Source of the DNA: a bacterium
GTDB lineage: Bacteria > UBA8248
Direction: 5' to 3'
DNA: 64,000 bases
NCBI GenBank assembly: GCA_965213625.1
Contig: CBDBZU010000004.1
Span: forward strand, 1,472,001-1,536,000
The translations under genes were made by a program, and so were the position numbers. The notes under the pieces are model-generated. The model had not been told where the DNA came from. It saw only the letters and a list, made by a program, of their open reading frames with translations, and did no database searches. Below, piece by piece: positions 50,937 through 60,536 of this stretch. Each line of letters starts with the position of its first letter. Position 1 is the stretch's first letter.

Positions 50937-51464
50937 TTATCGAATAACCCCGTGAATTTATCTAATTTTACGGGAAATAGGATTATTTTCATTTCTCCGC
51001 CTCTCTTGCATCCATGAGCGCGGCGCCTCTCCCGGCGAGCGACGAACTCGCCCGTGGCGCCATGTGCGGGCGGTGAAGAAACAGCCGCCTTCGCTCCCGG
51101 TCCGTGGTTCGAATCCATGAAAACCCCCGCATCCTTTCGTTTCGGTTCCACCGGGTGTGCGTGAAACTGTTTCTCCGCGCAGCGCGCACGATAACGCGGC
51201 GCCGCTTTCCGGCTCTTGCGGCAAATGCGGGGAATTGCGGCCCGCATTCGGGAGGCGTGATTCCGGTCCGTGGGGGACAACCCCTCACGTGTCCGTCCCA
51301 GGGGCCGCGGCCTGTCCGGGACTATGAGGCGTATGCGAGGGGGCGCAGGGGCGGACCAAGTCCCTTGAAGAATCGGTGGATAAGTACGAATAAAACCACT
51401 CTTATCTCGACTGTTTGTTAAAAATCATATTGGCGAATACTCCCCAAACGGGGTTATTCGACAA
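50937..51464. mobile_element. Possible MITE or IS remnant bounded by a 17-bp inverted repeat
   Basis: TTATCGAATAACCCCGT (50937-50953) and ACGGGGTTATTCGACAA (51448-51464), 16/17 match. No credible ORF inside, several hairpins, no clear TSD. Confidence 0.45.
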
Positions 51465-51987
51465 CCCCTCATCAATTGCGACAAACACTCGTTCATCGGA
51501 GCTGTTGAAAAGCCTTTGGCAAGGGAATGAACGCTCCCTCCCTCCTCGGTCGGTAGCCACCTCCCCGGCCGCGTCGTACACTCATTCATCTATCACGCTC
51601 GACACCCCATACGTCAGCCTTCGCACAAAGCGCTCGGCTTTTTTGAGATTCCCTTTCTTCCCGGAAATGGCCCTCAGAGGGGAGTGTTCCCGTGACCCGC
51701 ACGAGAGAAAACGGCTGCGAACGGCGAAGACCGGTAACTGCCTGAGCGAGAAGCCGGCGCTGAGACTCGTGCACCAGCTCGCCATAAGCGCCGAGAAGTG
51801 ATGGCGCCGGCTGCTACGTGGTTTCCGTCATCTGGCCGACGTAATCTCGCTCACGTGAGGTTCATCAATGGTGTGGACGATACAGGAACGGGCAGGAGGG
51901 CAGTTGGATACACGAATGCCATACATCACATTTGACCGTAACTAAATTTATTGGATATTGTTCGACTACATCAGGGCCAGTCATTGC

Positions 51988-52710
51988 CTAGTTATCCCTT
52001 TTCGAAACAAACGCAGTAGCCCCTTCTAGGATAAAGTTCTTGATGTTTGCGATGACCATTATGTCTTCGCGCATCTTTCGACCAGCGGCGTGAATTCTGG
52101 CCGTGGTTTCCTCAACAACTTTTACCACGTCCGGATGCATTAGTTCGCCCGGATGGCCTAGTTCTTGGGCAAAATCTGCTGGCCCGAACATCATGTAATC
52201 AATACCTGGTACTGATAGGATATCATCAAGATTATTGATAGCATCCTGACTTTCAATCATGGCGCCAACCAGTATACTTTCATCGCATTTTTTCATAAAT
52301 GCAGGCATATCGTCGATTCCGCTCATATAGTTTGTTCCTCGACCGCCACCAAACGAACGCCGCCCCATGGGGCCAAACCTGCTTGCGTTGACCAATTGTT
52401 CGGCGTCTTTCTTGCTGGCAATGTGGGGGCCGATGATACCTCGAATTCCCCTGTCCAAGAATTGAGTGATGGTGCCATCAGAAATATCAGGAACCCGAGC
52501 AATCGGCGTCAGTCCAACTAGGTCGGCCGCTCGGCAGACGTTCTCAATCGACGGCATATCAAACACTCCGTGTTCACAGTCGAGGAAAACAAAATCCAGA
52601 CCCACCGGCTCCAACATATCAACAATTTCTGGGGACGGTACGGTTAGCCGGACTCCGTAGGCTTTTTTCCCAGCTTGAACAGCATCCTTAATCGCATTCT
52701 TAAAGATCAT
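51988..52710 (-). CDS. HpcH/HpaI aldolase family protein
   Basis: DFVFLDCEHG, ARVP, LDRG, MIES, FGPADF. GC content clearly lower than the flanks. Confidence 0.9.
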   Translation of the reverse strand: MIFKNAIKDAVQAGKKAYGVRLTVPSPEIVDMLEPVGLDFVFLDCEHGVFDMPSIENVCRAADLVGLTPIARVPDISDGTITQFLDRGIRGIIGPHIASKKDAEQLVNASRFGPMGRRSFGGGRGTNYMSGIDDMPAFMKKCDESILVGAMIESQDAINNLDDILSVPGIDYMMFGPADFAQELGHPGELMHPDVVKVVEETTARIHAAGRKMREDIMVIANIKNFILEGATAFVSKRDN

Positions 52711-52723
52711 CGGTCTTAAAACC

Positions 52724-52952
52724 TCATTCCTGCAAATGAGAGTACATGGGCTGTCCGGCAACGGGCATTTGAGCGACCAGCACTTTTCCATGTCCGTCCA
52801 GGATATACATGGTTTTGTTGTCGAGTCCTCCGTAGGCGATATTTGTGAGCTTATCGCTTGAGCAAGTTTCTATTCGATAGATCGGGAGTCCGATTTTGTT
52901 AAACACCCAAACCACGCCCATATTGGTTTGTACGCAAACGACATTGCCATCC
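52724..52952 (-). pseudogene. 3' fragment of an SMP-30/gluconolactonase-family gene
   Basis: DGNVVC...GVVWVFNKIGLP...TNIAYGGLDNKTMYI...MPVAGQPMYSH matches the family C-terminus. The 5' part is replaced by opposite-strand ABC transporter sequence. Confidence 0.75.
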
Positions 52953-54320
52953 GGCGACCTGGCCATGTCGGGAATGACATTCCAGAATCTTCGCGATGGC
53001 TTGCAGGGAGTCGTCGCCAACAGCTTTCTGTCGATTATATTTCTGATTCCGGTTTTTGGCGTCATTTTTTTGTACGACGCCATCCTCGGCGTCATCACCC
53101 TCGTCTTCAGCCTGGCTTCCCTGCTGGTCACCGTAGTCCTCGGGTGGCGCCAGATTTCACCTTATGGGCGGATGCTCAGCGCAGCGCGTCGCGTAGCCGG
53201 CCGACTGTTCCAGATCGTGGGGGGCATCTCCAAGCTGCGAATGGATAATGCGGAAGGGTCGGCTTACGCCATCTGGGCGAGGGGCTATCGTGAGCAGAAG
53301 CGCGCGGAGATAGAACTGGGCGCGCTCGAGGGACATTCGCGCGCATTCGGCGCCGCGCTCCCTTTTCTTGCCGGCGGGGTGCTGCTTTTTTCGGTGGTGG
53401 CGGTCGAAGACCGAAACATTCCGGTCGGCGATTTTCTCGTCGTTTACACGGTCTTTATCGTTTTCCAGTCCGCCATCGCCCGGCTCGGCGAGTCCTTCGG
53501 CGCAATTGCCGCCATGCGTCCGGCGTTCCAGCAGATGCGTCCGCTGCTCTCCGCAGTCCCTGAAACCGTGACGGAAGGAGAGCCGGTTGAATACCTGGGC
53601 GGTGAAATACTGTTCGACCGCATTTCATTCCGCTACGATCCCGACGGTCCGTTGATTCTCGACGACGTCTCGATTCACGCCCGTCCCGGCGAATTCGTCG
53701 CGATTGCCGGTGAGTCCGGCGCAGGGAAGAGCACCCTGTTCCGCCTCGCGCTCGGTATCGACTTGCCGGCCGCCGGCGCGGTGTATTACGACGGCCGCGA
53801 CCTGAAGCACCTGAATCTGAAACAGGTGCGCAAGAAAATTGGCGCTGTGCCGCAATCCGTCGGGCTCCATCCACAGGATCTCTGGGACAATCTGGTCAGT
53901 CACCATGATGCGGTGACGATCGATGAAGTATGGTCGGCGGTCCGTACCGCCGAAGTTGAAGCCCAAATCAAGGACATGCCCATGGGCATGATGACCATGG
54001 TGGGCACCAGCGGGTCTGTCCTGTCGGGCGGCGAGAGCCAGCGCATCACCATCGCCCGCTCGGTGATCGGCAGCCCGCGAATCATGTTGCTGGACGAGGC
54101 GACGAACTGGCTGGATAACGAAAGCCAGGCCAAGATAATGCAAAACCTTGCCGCCCTGACTTCCACCCGCCTCGTCATTGCCCACCGCCTGTCCACGCTG
54201 GAACAGGCCGACCGCATCTACGTGCTGCAAGCCGGGAAAGTCGTACAAAGCGGTTCCTTCAGCGAACTCAAGGAGGTGGACGGGGTATTCAAGGAATTGA
54301 TAAAAAGGCAAATCGCTTGA
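52947..54320 (+). pseudogene. 5'-truncated NHLP-bacteriocin-system ABC transporter (permease plus ATPase)
   Basis: Begins mid-permease (PSGDLAMSG). GESGAGKST, LSGGESQR, LLDEAT, IAHRLST. No RBS, N-terminal domain or C39 peptidase. Confidence 0.78.
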
Positions 54321-54395
54321 TCCGAATATGGAGACGATAACTCGGCGGAAAAAATGCATGTTCGGCCAAGGCCCGCGAATATGGAGTAGATATCG

Positions 54396-55697
54396 ATGAA
54401 GAAGCCTTTTGGCCTGGTTGATTCCCTCATATCGCGAGCTGGCGGCGACTACGAATTCCGGGAACGTCTTCTCGCCAAGCCCAAAGAGACCATCGAAGCG
54501 GAATTTGGCGTGTCGATGGCCGAAGACCATGAGATTCACGTACACGAAGAAACCTATACCACGACGCACCTCGTCCTTCCGCCGCGCAGCAAATTCACCG
54601 AGGCCGAACGGGAGGAGGCGAAAACCGGCGCGGAATCGCTCGAGTTTCTTCGCAAAACGATGCACGACCCCGCGCCGCCCCTTCGTCCGCCAAAACTTCA
54701 AGGGGAGAGAACCCCGAAGAACGCCGCGACCACCGGGGCGCTGGCGAAAGCGGGTGGAGAAAGCATCCGCCGCGGTCTTGGTTTCCTGGAATCCACGATA
54801 GACGAGAACGGAGCCTGGCATTGTATCCGGTTCAACTTGGGCGATCCGGATATACCGAGGCATTTCGAAAGACCTCCCTTTATTTCGGCTTTCTGCGCCC
54901 TGGCTCTCGAATGTTGCGAGGAAGCGCGCGCCAGGGCCATATGCGCTGCGACAAGGGCGTATCTCGTCGACACTATCGAATATCCCGGATTGTGGCGCTA
55001 TTATCGCCACCTGCCCCAGGATCTCGACAGCACCGCACTGTGTTCACTCGTGATTGGAGGCCACCTCTGGATTTTACTGGGGAGGAACGTTCCGCAGATA
55101 CTGGCGAATCGCGACGAGGAAGGCCGCTTCATGACCTGGGTTCTCGAAGACGACGAACCCGATGTGGTATCGCGCTTTCGTATCGAAGCCGACCCTGTAG
55201 TCAATGCGAACGTCATTGCCTATCTCGGCGACTGTCCAGAAACCAGGGATGCCCAAAGGTGGCTGGAAGCCTTGATAACCGAAGGCAATCTCGAGGGATC
55301 GTCGAAATGGTATCCCGACGAGGTCGCGATCTGCTATGCGACCGCCCGCGCCATGATTCGCGCACGGCCCGCTCTCGACCGGCTGCGCCCGATACTAGCG
55401 GAGCGCATCCTGGGCTTGCGGGACGAGGAAGGGGAATTCGGCAACATCCTCCAAACGGCTCAGGCCGTCTCGGCGCTCCATCATGTTGGACGCCTCGACG
55501 GCGTCGACGCGAAACGCGAGGTGGAGAGGTTCACGGGTTCGCAGCGTGAGGACGGTAGCTGGCCGGAGCTTCTCGCGTTTGGCGACCAAACGTTGAAGTG
55601 GGGTACGGTAGGGCGGATAGGACATGGCTCAGAATCCGTGACCACGGCGTTTTGTATCGAAGCTCTCGAACGTCTCCTCGCAATCTTGCGGACCTGA
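54396..55697 (+). CDS. NHLP-leader-like domain fused to a squalene-cyclase/prenyltransferase-like (alpha/alpha) domain
   Basis: N-terminal RAGGDYEFRERLLAKPK...VHEET...HLVLPP. QW-like repeats DENGAW, RDEEGRF, RDEEGEF, QREDGSW. PQDLDSTA resembles the cyclase PDxDDTA motif. Confidence 0.8.
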   Translation: MKKPFGLVDSLISRAGGDYEFRERLLAKPKETIEAEFGVSMAEDHEIHVHEETYTTTHLVLPPRSKFTEAEREEAKTGAESLEFLRKTMHDPAPPLRPPKLQGERTPKNAATTGALAKAGGESIRRGLGFLESTIDENGAWHCIRFNLGDPDIPRHFERPPFISAFCALALECCEEARARAICAATRAYLVDTIEYPGLWRYYRHLPQDLDSTALCSLVIGGHLWILLGRNVPQILANRDEEGRFMTWVLEDDEPDVVSRFRIEADPVVNANVIAYLGDCPETRDAQRWLEALITEGNLEGSSKWYPDEVAICYATARAMIRARPALDRLRPILAERILGLRDEEGEFGNILQTAQAVSALHHVGRLDGVDAKREVERFTGSQREDGSWPELLAFGDQTLKWGTVGRIGHGSESVTTAFCIEALERLLAILRT

Positions 55698-55779
55698 AAT
55701 TCCTTGCAGGTTCAGGTATTCGGGGATAAAATATCGTCCGGCCTGAGGGTTCAAATCTGTTTACTGTAAAGGAGCTGAC

Positions 55780-58176
55780 ATGCCACAAAGTCCCGTAGCA
55801 AGTGGTGGCTCCGGTCTAGGCGACGCCGAAGCCGTTCAGCGTATCGAGCCGTCCATTCTGACCGCTCTTCCGCATTATCTGCCATTGGTCGTTTTTCCGC
55901 TGATTCTTCTCGGCGCGTACAATGGAGGCTGGTGGTTGCTGCCGCCGCTCGTTTTTATGAGTGTTGCGGGGTCGCTTGATAAGGTGCTGGGTCGGGACGG
56001 ACAAAACATGGACCCGGCGAATACGTCGGAGCACCGCCTGTTCTGGCACAATCTGCCGGTCTGGTCGTGGTCGTTTCTGTGGCCGCCGACGCTCATTTTC
56101 GGTATGTGGCAAATCCTGGCGGCGGATCAATTCTCCATCTGGGAAGGCGTGCTCCTGGCGATCATCCTGACGATGGAAGCGCAAGCCGTATTCGTAGTCG
56201 GCCACGAAATGATTCACCGGCGCACGACCTGGGAACGCCGGGTGGGCGAATTCCTGCTCGCCACCGTCTCCTATCCGCAATACGCCACGGAGCACGTCTA
56301 TATTCACCATGCCCTGGTCGGCACGCCGTATGACGTCGGGTCCGCTCCGAAGGGGGAAAGTTTCTGGAGATATCTACCCAAGGAAGTTGTCAGCAACCTC
56401 GTCCATTCCTGGGAAGTCGCAAGAGAACGCTTGGCGCGGCGGCGTTTGCCCGTGTGGCATTACGACAATCCGTTCTGGCGCTACGTCGTCGGCGTCGCGT
56501 TCTGGTACGGACTGGTTTACTGGATGGGCGGGATCTGGGCCGTTCCCGTCTTCGTCTTCCTCGGTCTGTCCTGCGTCTTTTCGATGAAGATGAGCAACTA
56601 CTTTCAACACTACGGCCTGCGCCGGGTCCGTCTGGACAACGGTCGCTGGGAAAAGGCGATGCCGCGCCATTCCTGGAGCGCGGACTGGAAGTTCAGCAAC
56701 TGGATGTTTTTCAATATGCAGCGCCATGCGGATCATCATGCGGTGGCGTCGCGCCAGTATCCGCTGCTGCAGGTCAGCGGCCTCGATGAGTCGCCGGAGT
56801 TGCCGGGAACCTACGCCGACATGATGAACATCGTGCTGCGGCCCAAGCGCTGGTTCGAGAAGATGGACCCGCTGGTGGACCAATGGCGCGAACATTTCTA
56901 TCCGGAGGTTGACGACTGGGGCCCCTACGACAGCCCGATTGCCGCGGCGCGGCCCGACGCCTTTGACGCGATACTCGAAATCTTCGGCGCCGCCCCGAGG
57001 CTTGCCAAACGGGTTGAGCGGAACCCGGAACTTCTGGACAACCTGCAAGACCAGGAATTCCTCGACCTCGACCTGCCGAAGGGGTTCGGGCCGGATGATG
57101 AATACGAATCGATTGCGCGGCGCGGGCTTGCGAGAGTCTACTGGACTTACGAAATGGACGTTCAGGAATTGAAGGGTCTGGTCGCCGAACTGCCGGTGGC
57201 CGATGCGAGGGAGACCGCTGAAATCGTGCGAAACTGGTCGAACGACAAGGCGTTTCAGATCGGTATGCACGTGATGCGCGGAAACCTGTTGCCAGCGGAA
57301 GCGAGAACGGCGCTGTCGAATCTCGCCGAAGCATCGGTTGCGACCGTGCTCGCCTCCGTGGTCGCGGATTATGTCGACCGGTTCGGAATGCTGAGTGTGG
57401 GTGGAGTCGCTGCCGTTTTCCTGGGCGATCTGGCCAGCCGGGAAGCTTATCCCGGTGTTGGAATCGATATGCTGCTCGTCCATGACGGTCTGCGGTCCGG
57501 CAAAAACGAACAAGTGTGCCAAAGTTTCCGAGATGCCCTGACCGACCTGGCGCAGGACAGCCTGTTGTTCTCTCCGGTCCCGCCCGGCTCGAATTCCATT
57601 CTTGAGTTGCCGCTTTCCGAACTGGCCGAACATTATGGAGATTCGACTTCAGGCGAAGTGCCCGCCCTCACCAGGGCGCGTTGCGTGTTCGAGTATGGCG
57701 GTTCCGATATCGAAGGTCGCTTCGATGAGGCGCGGCGCCGGGTACTGGCCGAATGCAGGGCGAACGAGTCTTTGCTCGCCCGGTTGAGCGAGCGGACGGA
57801 AGACCCTGCCGAAACAGGCGTGTCCGCATACGCCCGGATGCGCGGCGGGCTGAACGATGTCGAGAAGGTCGCGCGTTACCTGCAGTTGGTGCGCGCCGGA
57901 AGCGACTTCGACGATCCGGCGCCGACCGCCGCGGCGGTGTTCGAAGCCGCAGGCGCCGAGCCGCTGGCGCAAGCCGCGGCCATGTGGCGGGATTTACAGG
58001 GCGTCATGCGCCTTGTCGGCGAGGAAGGGTTCGACGCGACGGCGGCAGGGCCGAAGGTCAAATCTCTTGTTGCGAACGCTTGCGGTCAGGAGGATTTCGA
58101 TGCGCTGGCGTCGGCGGTCGCCGAAACCGCATCCAGCGCCGCCGCCCGCATCGATACGCTCGTTTCGCGTGCATGA
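55780..58176 (+). CDS. AlkB/fatty-acid-desaturase-type membrane diiron enzyme fused to a degenerate GlnE-like nucleotidyltransferase region
   Basis: His boxes GHEMIH, EHVYIHH, NYFQHYGL, MQRHADHHA. C-terminal LSNLAE, LGDLASRE...IDMLLV, RGGLNDVE..ARYLQL. Confidence 0.82.
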   Translation: MPQSPVASGGSGLGDAEAVQRIEPSILTALPHYLPLVVFPLILLGAYNGGWWLLPPLVFMSVAGSLDKVLGRDGQNMDPANTSEHRLFWHNLPVWSWSFLWPPTLIFGMWQILAADQFSIWEGVLLAIILTMEAQAVFVVGHEMIHRRTTWERRVGEFLLATVSYPQYATEHVYIHHALVGTPYDVGSAPKGESFWRYLPKEVVSNLVHSWEVARERLARRRLPVWHYDNPFWRYVVGVAFWYGLVYWMGGIWAVPVFVFLGLSCVFSMKMSNYFQHYGLRRVRLDNGRWEKAMPRHSWSADWKFSNWMFFNMQRHADHHAVASRQYPLLQVSGLDESPELPGTYADMMNIVLRPKRWFEKMDPLVDQWREHFYPEVDDWGPYDSPIAAARPDAFDAILEIFGAAPRLAKRVERNPELLDNLQDQEFLDLDLPKGFGPDDEYESIARRGLARVYWTYEMDVQELKGLVAELPVADARETAEIVRNWSNDKAFQIGMHVMRGNLLPAEARTALSNLAEASVATVLASVVADYVDRFGMLSVGGVAAVFLGDLASREAYPGVGIDMLLVHDGLRSGKNEQVCQSFRDALTDLAQDSLLFSPVPPGSNSILELPLSELAEHYGDSTSGEVPALTRARCVFEYGGSDIEGRFDEARRRVLAECRANESLLARLSERTEDPAETGVSAYARMRGGLNDVEKVARYLQLVRAGSDFDDPAPTAAAVFEAAGAEPLAQAAAMWRDLQGVMRLVGEEGFDATAAGPKVKSLVANACGQEDFDALASAVAETASSAAARIDTLVSRA

Positions 58177-60527
58177 AGGCGCCGATTGAGCAGACGCGGA
58201 ATTCCCGCAAGACGTCGCAGACGAAAATGAATCCAAGACGCGGGATATTGACGAAAACGACCCCAGCGGACGAAGGCCTCGTCGAGTTCCCCGCGCTTAC
58301 CCCGCACCTGCAGTTCCACGAAATTGACGAGCAGCAGACGCTGCTGGTTTCCGAGTCGTTCGATACCCTGCTGCACGGCGGCCTGTATTGCGACCTGCTA
58401 CCGCTTCTGGGCGACCGGCGCCCGCTTGCCGGGATTGTCGCCGCCCTCGATGGCCGCCATGCCGCCGCTAACGTTCATGCGGCGGTTGTTTCACTCTCCG
58501 ACAGGGGCTACGTCGTCTCCGCCGATCATGGCATGGACCGACCTCGTGCGGCCTATTGGACCTCGCTCGGCGCATCGCCCCGCTGGGTCGAAGGGCGGCT
58601 GGCGGAATCGCGCATCGCGGTCGAAGGTGACGACGGCCGCCTCGTCCGGCATCTGGAAGAGAGCGGCGTCTGTGTGGCGGCCTGCGATCCACGGCTCACC
58701 GTTATCGTCTGCGACGATTATCTCGAAGCACGGTTTGAAGACGTGAATCGGCGCCGCCTCGAGGCGAGAGCGCCGTGGACGCTGGTGCGGCCGCACGGCA
58801 TGGAGGCGCTGTTCGGCCCCGTCTTCCGCGCGGATAGACAAGGACCCTGCTGGGAATGTCTGGTTCACCGCCTGCGCAGTCATAAGGAGGTCCACAATTT
58901 CCTGCGTAGCGTTGCCGGAGAGGAAGCCGCCTTCAAGCCGTTTGCGGCGGAGCCGACGGCGCTCGAAGCCTTGTACGGGCTGATAGCGGCCGAAATCGTC
59001 AAATGGCTGGTGCTGGAAGAGGCGGCCCCGATTCACGAGAGGGCAATAGCGATGAACCTCGGCTCGTTCACAAGTTCGCAGCACGCAGTGACGCGCCGCC
59101 CGCAGTGCCCGGCCTGTGGCGACGAGGCGTTGTACCGGCCGGACCGGCAGCCTGCGCCGCTGCGCCTGAAATCGAGTCCCAAAACCCATCGCAACAGCGG
59201 TGGTGCGCGGGCCGTGACGCCGGAAGCCACCCTGACGAAATACCGCCACTTGGTGAGCCCGATCAGCGGGGTCGTCACCTGGCTGACGCGCACTACCGAC
59301 GAGAGCGATTCCTGGCTGCACGTCTATTGGGCCGGAAGCAATCCCGCCACGAGAAGCCGGAGCCTGAGTTCGCTCAGGCGCAGCCTGCGCAGCAAGAGCG
59401 CCGGCAAGGGCAGCACGCGGGAACAATCCGAGGCCAGCGCCCTATGCGAGGCGCTAGAGCGTTATTCGGGCGCATATTGCGGAGACGAGATACGCATCCG
59501 CAAGCGATTCGTCGACTTCGCCGCAGAAGACGAGGCTATCCATCCCAACGATGCGCAGCTTTTCAGCGAGGGTCAGCTTGACGACGCGGAGAGGATCAAC
59601 GCGAAAGGCCACCCGTACAACATCGTCCCGCCGCGTCTCGAGCCCGATGCCGCAATCGACTGGACGCCCGTGTGGTCGTTCACGCAGCGGCGGCATCGCT
59701 ATCTGCCGACGTCGATGCTCTACAGCATGTCTGCCGAACAGCGCGGAGATGCCGAACTGATTGCCGACTCGAACGGCTGCGCCGCAGGGAACATCCTGGA
59801 GGAGGCCATCCTGCAAGGCTTCTATGAACTGGTCGAGCGCGATGCGTTCGCCATCTGGTGGTATAACGGGCTGAGAGCGCCCGGGGTCGATCTCTCCAGT
59901 TTTGATGATGAATTCCTGGCATCGGCCGCGGATTATTATGGTCGCTACGAGCGGGAAGTGTGGATGCTCGACGTTACTTCCGACATTGGTATCCCTTCGT
60001 TCGTTGCGCTCTCGCGCAGACCGGACGCGGAAACCGAGGACATCATATACGGCGCAGGCGCTCATGCCGACCCGCGACTGGCGGCCCTGCGCGCGATTTG
60101 CGAGTTGAACCAATGTCTTACCTGGCTGCCGCGTCCCGGAAGGGGCGACGGCCGGCCGATGATCGACGATCCCTTGGCGCTCACGTGGTGGAAGACAGCT
60201 CGAATCGCCGATTGTTCCTGGCTGGCGTCGGCGCCGGACGCGCCGCTCAAGCAAGGCTCACAGTATCCGGTGATCGAATCCGCGGACACGCTTGAGGATG
60301 TGGAACATTGCCGATCGTTGGTGGAAGCCAGGGGCATGGAGTTCCTCGTGCTGGACCAGACCCGGCCGGACATCGGTATGCCGGTTGCGCGGGTCATCGT
60401 ACCGGGCATGCGTCATTTTTGGCCAAGATTCGCGCCCGGGCGCCTGTACGACGTTCCTGTCGGCATGGGCCGCCTGAAGCGCTCCCTGGCCGAAGCCGAT
60501 TTGAATCCCGCACCCGTGATCGCGTAA
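58173..60527 (+). CDS. TOMM-type fused E1-like/YcaO cyclodehydratase
   Basis: FGPVF...PCWEC, RPQCPAC, SAGKG, EALERYS, SNGCAAG, ELVERDA, VIVPGM, Pro-rich C-terminus NPAPVIA. ATGA overlap with the upstream gene. Confidence 0.93.
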   Translation: MKAPIEQTRNSRKTSQTKMNPRRGILTKTTPADEGLVEFPALTPHLQFHEIDEQQTLLVSESFDTLLHGGLYCDLLPLLGDRRPLAGIVAALDGRHAAANVHAAVVSLSDRGYVVSADHGMDRPRAAYWTSLGASPRWVEGRLAESRIAVEGDDGRLVRHLEESGVCVAACDPRLTVIVCDDYLEARFEDVNRRRLEARAPWTLVRPHGMEALFGPVFRADRQGPCWECLVHRLRSHKEVHNFLRSVAGEEAAFKPFAAEPTALEALYGLIAAEIVKWLVLEEAAPIHERAIAMNLGSFTSSQHAVTRRPQCPACGDEALYRPDRQPAPLRLKSSPKTHRNSGGARAVTPEATLTKYRHLVSPISGVVTWLTRTTDESDSWLHVYWAGSNPATRSRSLSSLRRSLRSKSAGKGSTREQSEASALCEALERYSGAYCGDEIRIRKRFVDFAAEDEAIHPNDAQLFSEGQLDDAERINAKGHPYNIVPPRLEPDAAIDWTPVWSFTQRRHRYLPTSMLYSMSAEQRGDAELIADSNGCAAGNILEEAILQGFYELVERDAFAIWWYNGLRAPGVDLSSFDDEFLASAADYYGRYEREVWMLDVTSDIGIPSFVALSRRPDAETEDIIYGAGAHADPRLAALRAICELNQCLTWLPRPGRGDGRPMIDDPLALTWWKTARIADCSWLASAPDAPLKQGSQYPVIESADTLEDVEHCRSLVEARGMEFLVLDQTRPDIGMPVARVIVPGMRHFWPRFAPGRLYDVPVGMGRLKRSLAEADLNPAPVIA

Positions 60528-60536
60528 GGAGGCAAT

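Noticed and set aside
51103-51119. GGTTCGAATCC T-arm motif suggesting a tRNA (e.g. selC) or tmRNA
   Set aside because: No acceptor stem, anticodon arm or CCA could be built around it, and there is no TCA anticodon loop.
52896-52946. TTG start giving an intact 474-aa ABC transporter
   Set aside because: These codons are the antisense of the gluconolactonase remnant. Transporter-like sequence begins only at about 52947.
53625-55010. 461-aa antisense ORF across the ABC and NHLP-cyclase genes (similarly 56374-57633, 47064-48008, 40512-41534)
   Set aside because: Antisense shadows of well-supported genes in GC-rich DNA, with no motifs.
57753-58172. 924-aa version of the YcaO ORF
   Set aside because: The extension overlaps the upstream gene in another frame and is low-complexity. 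The ATGA-coupled start at 58173 (or the ATG at 58227) is more plausible.
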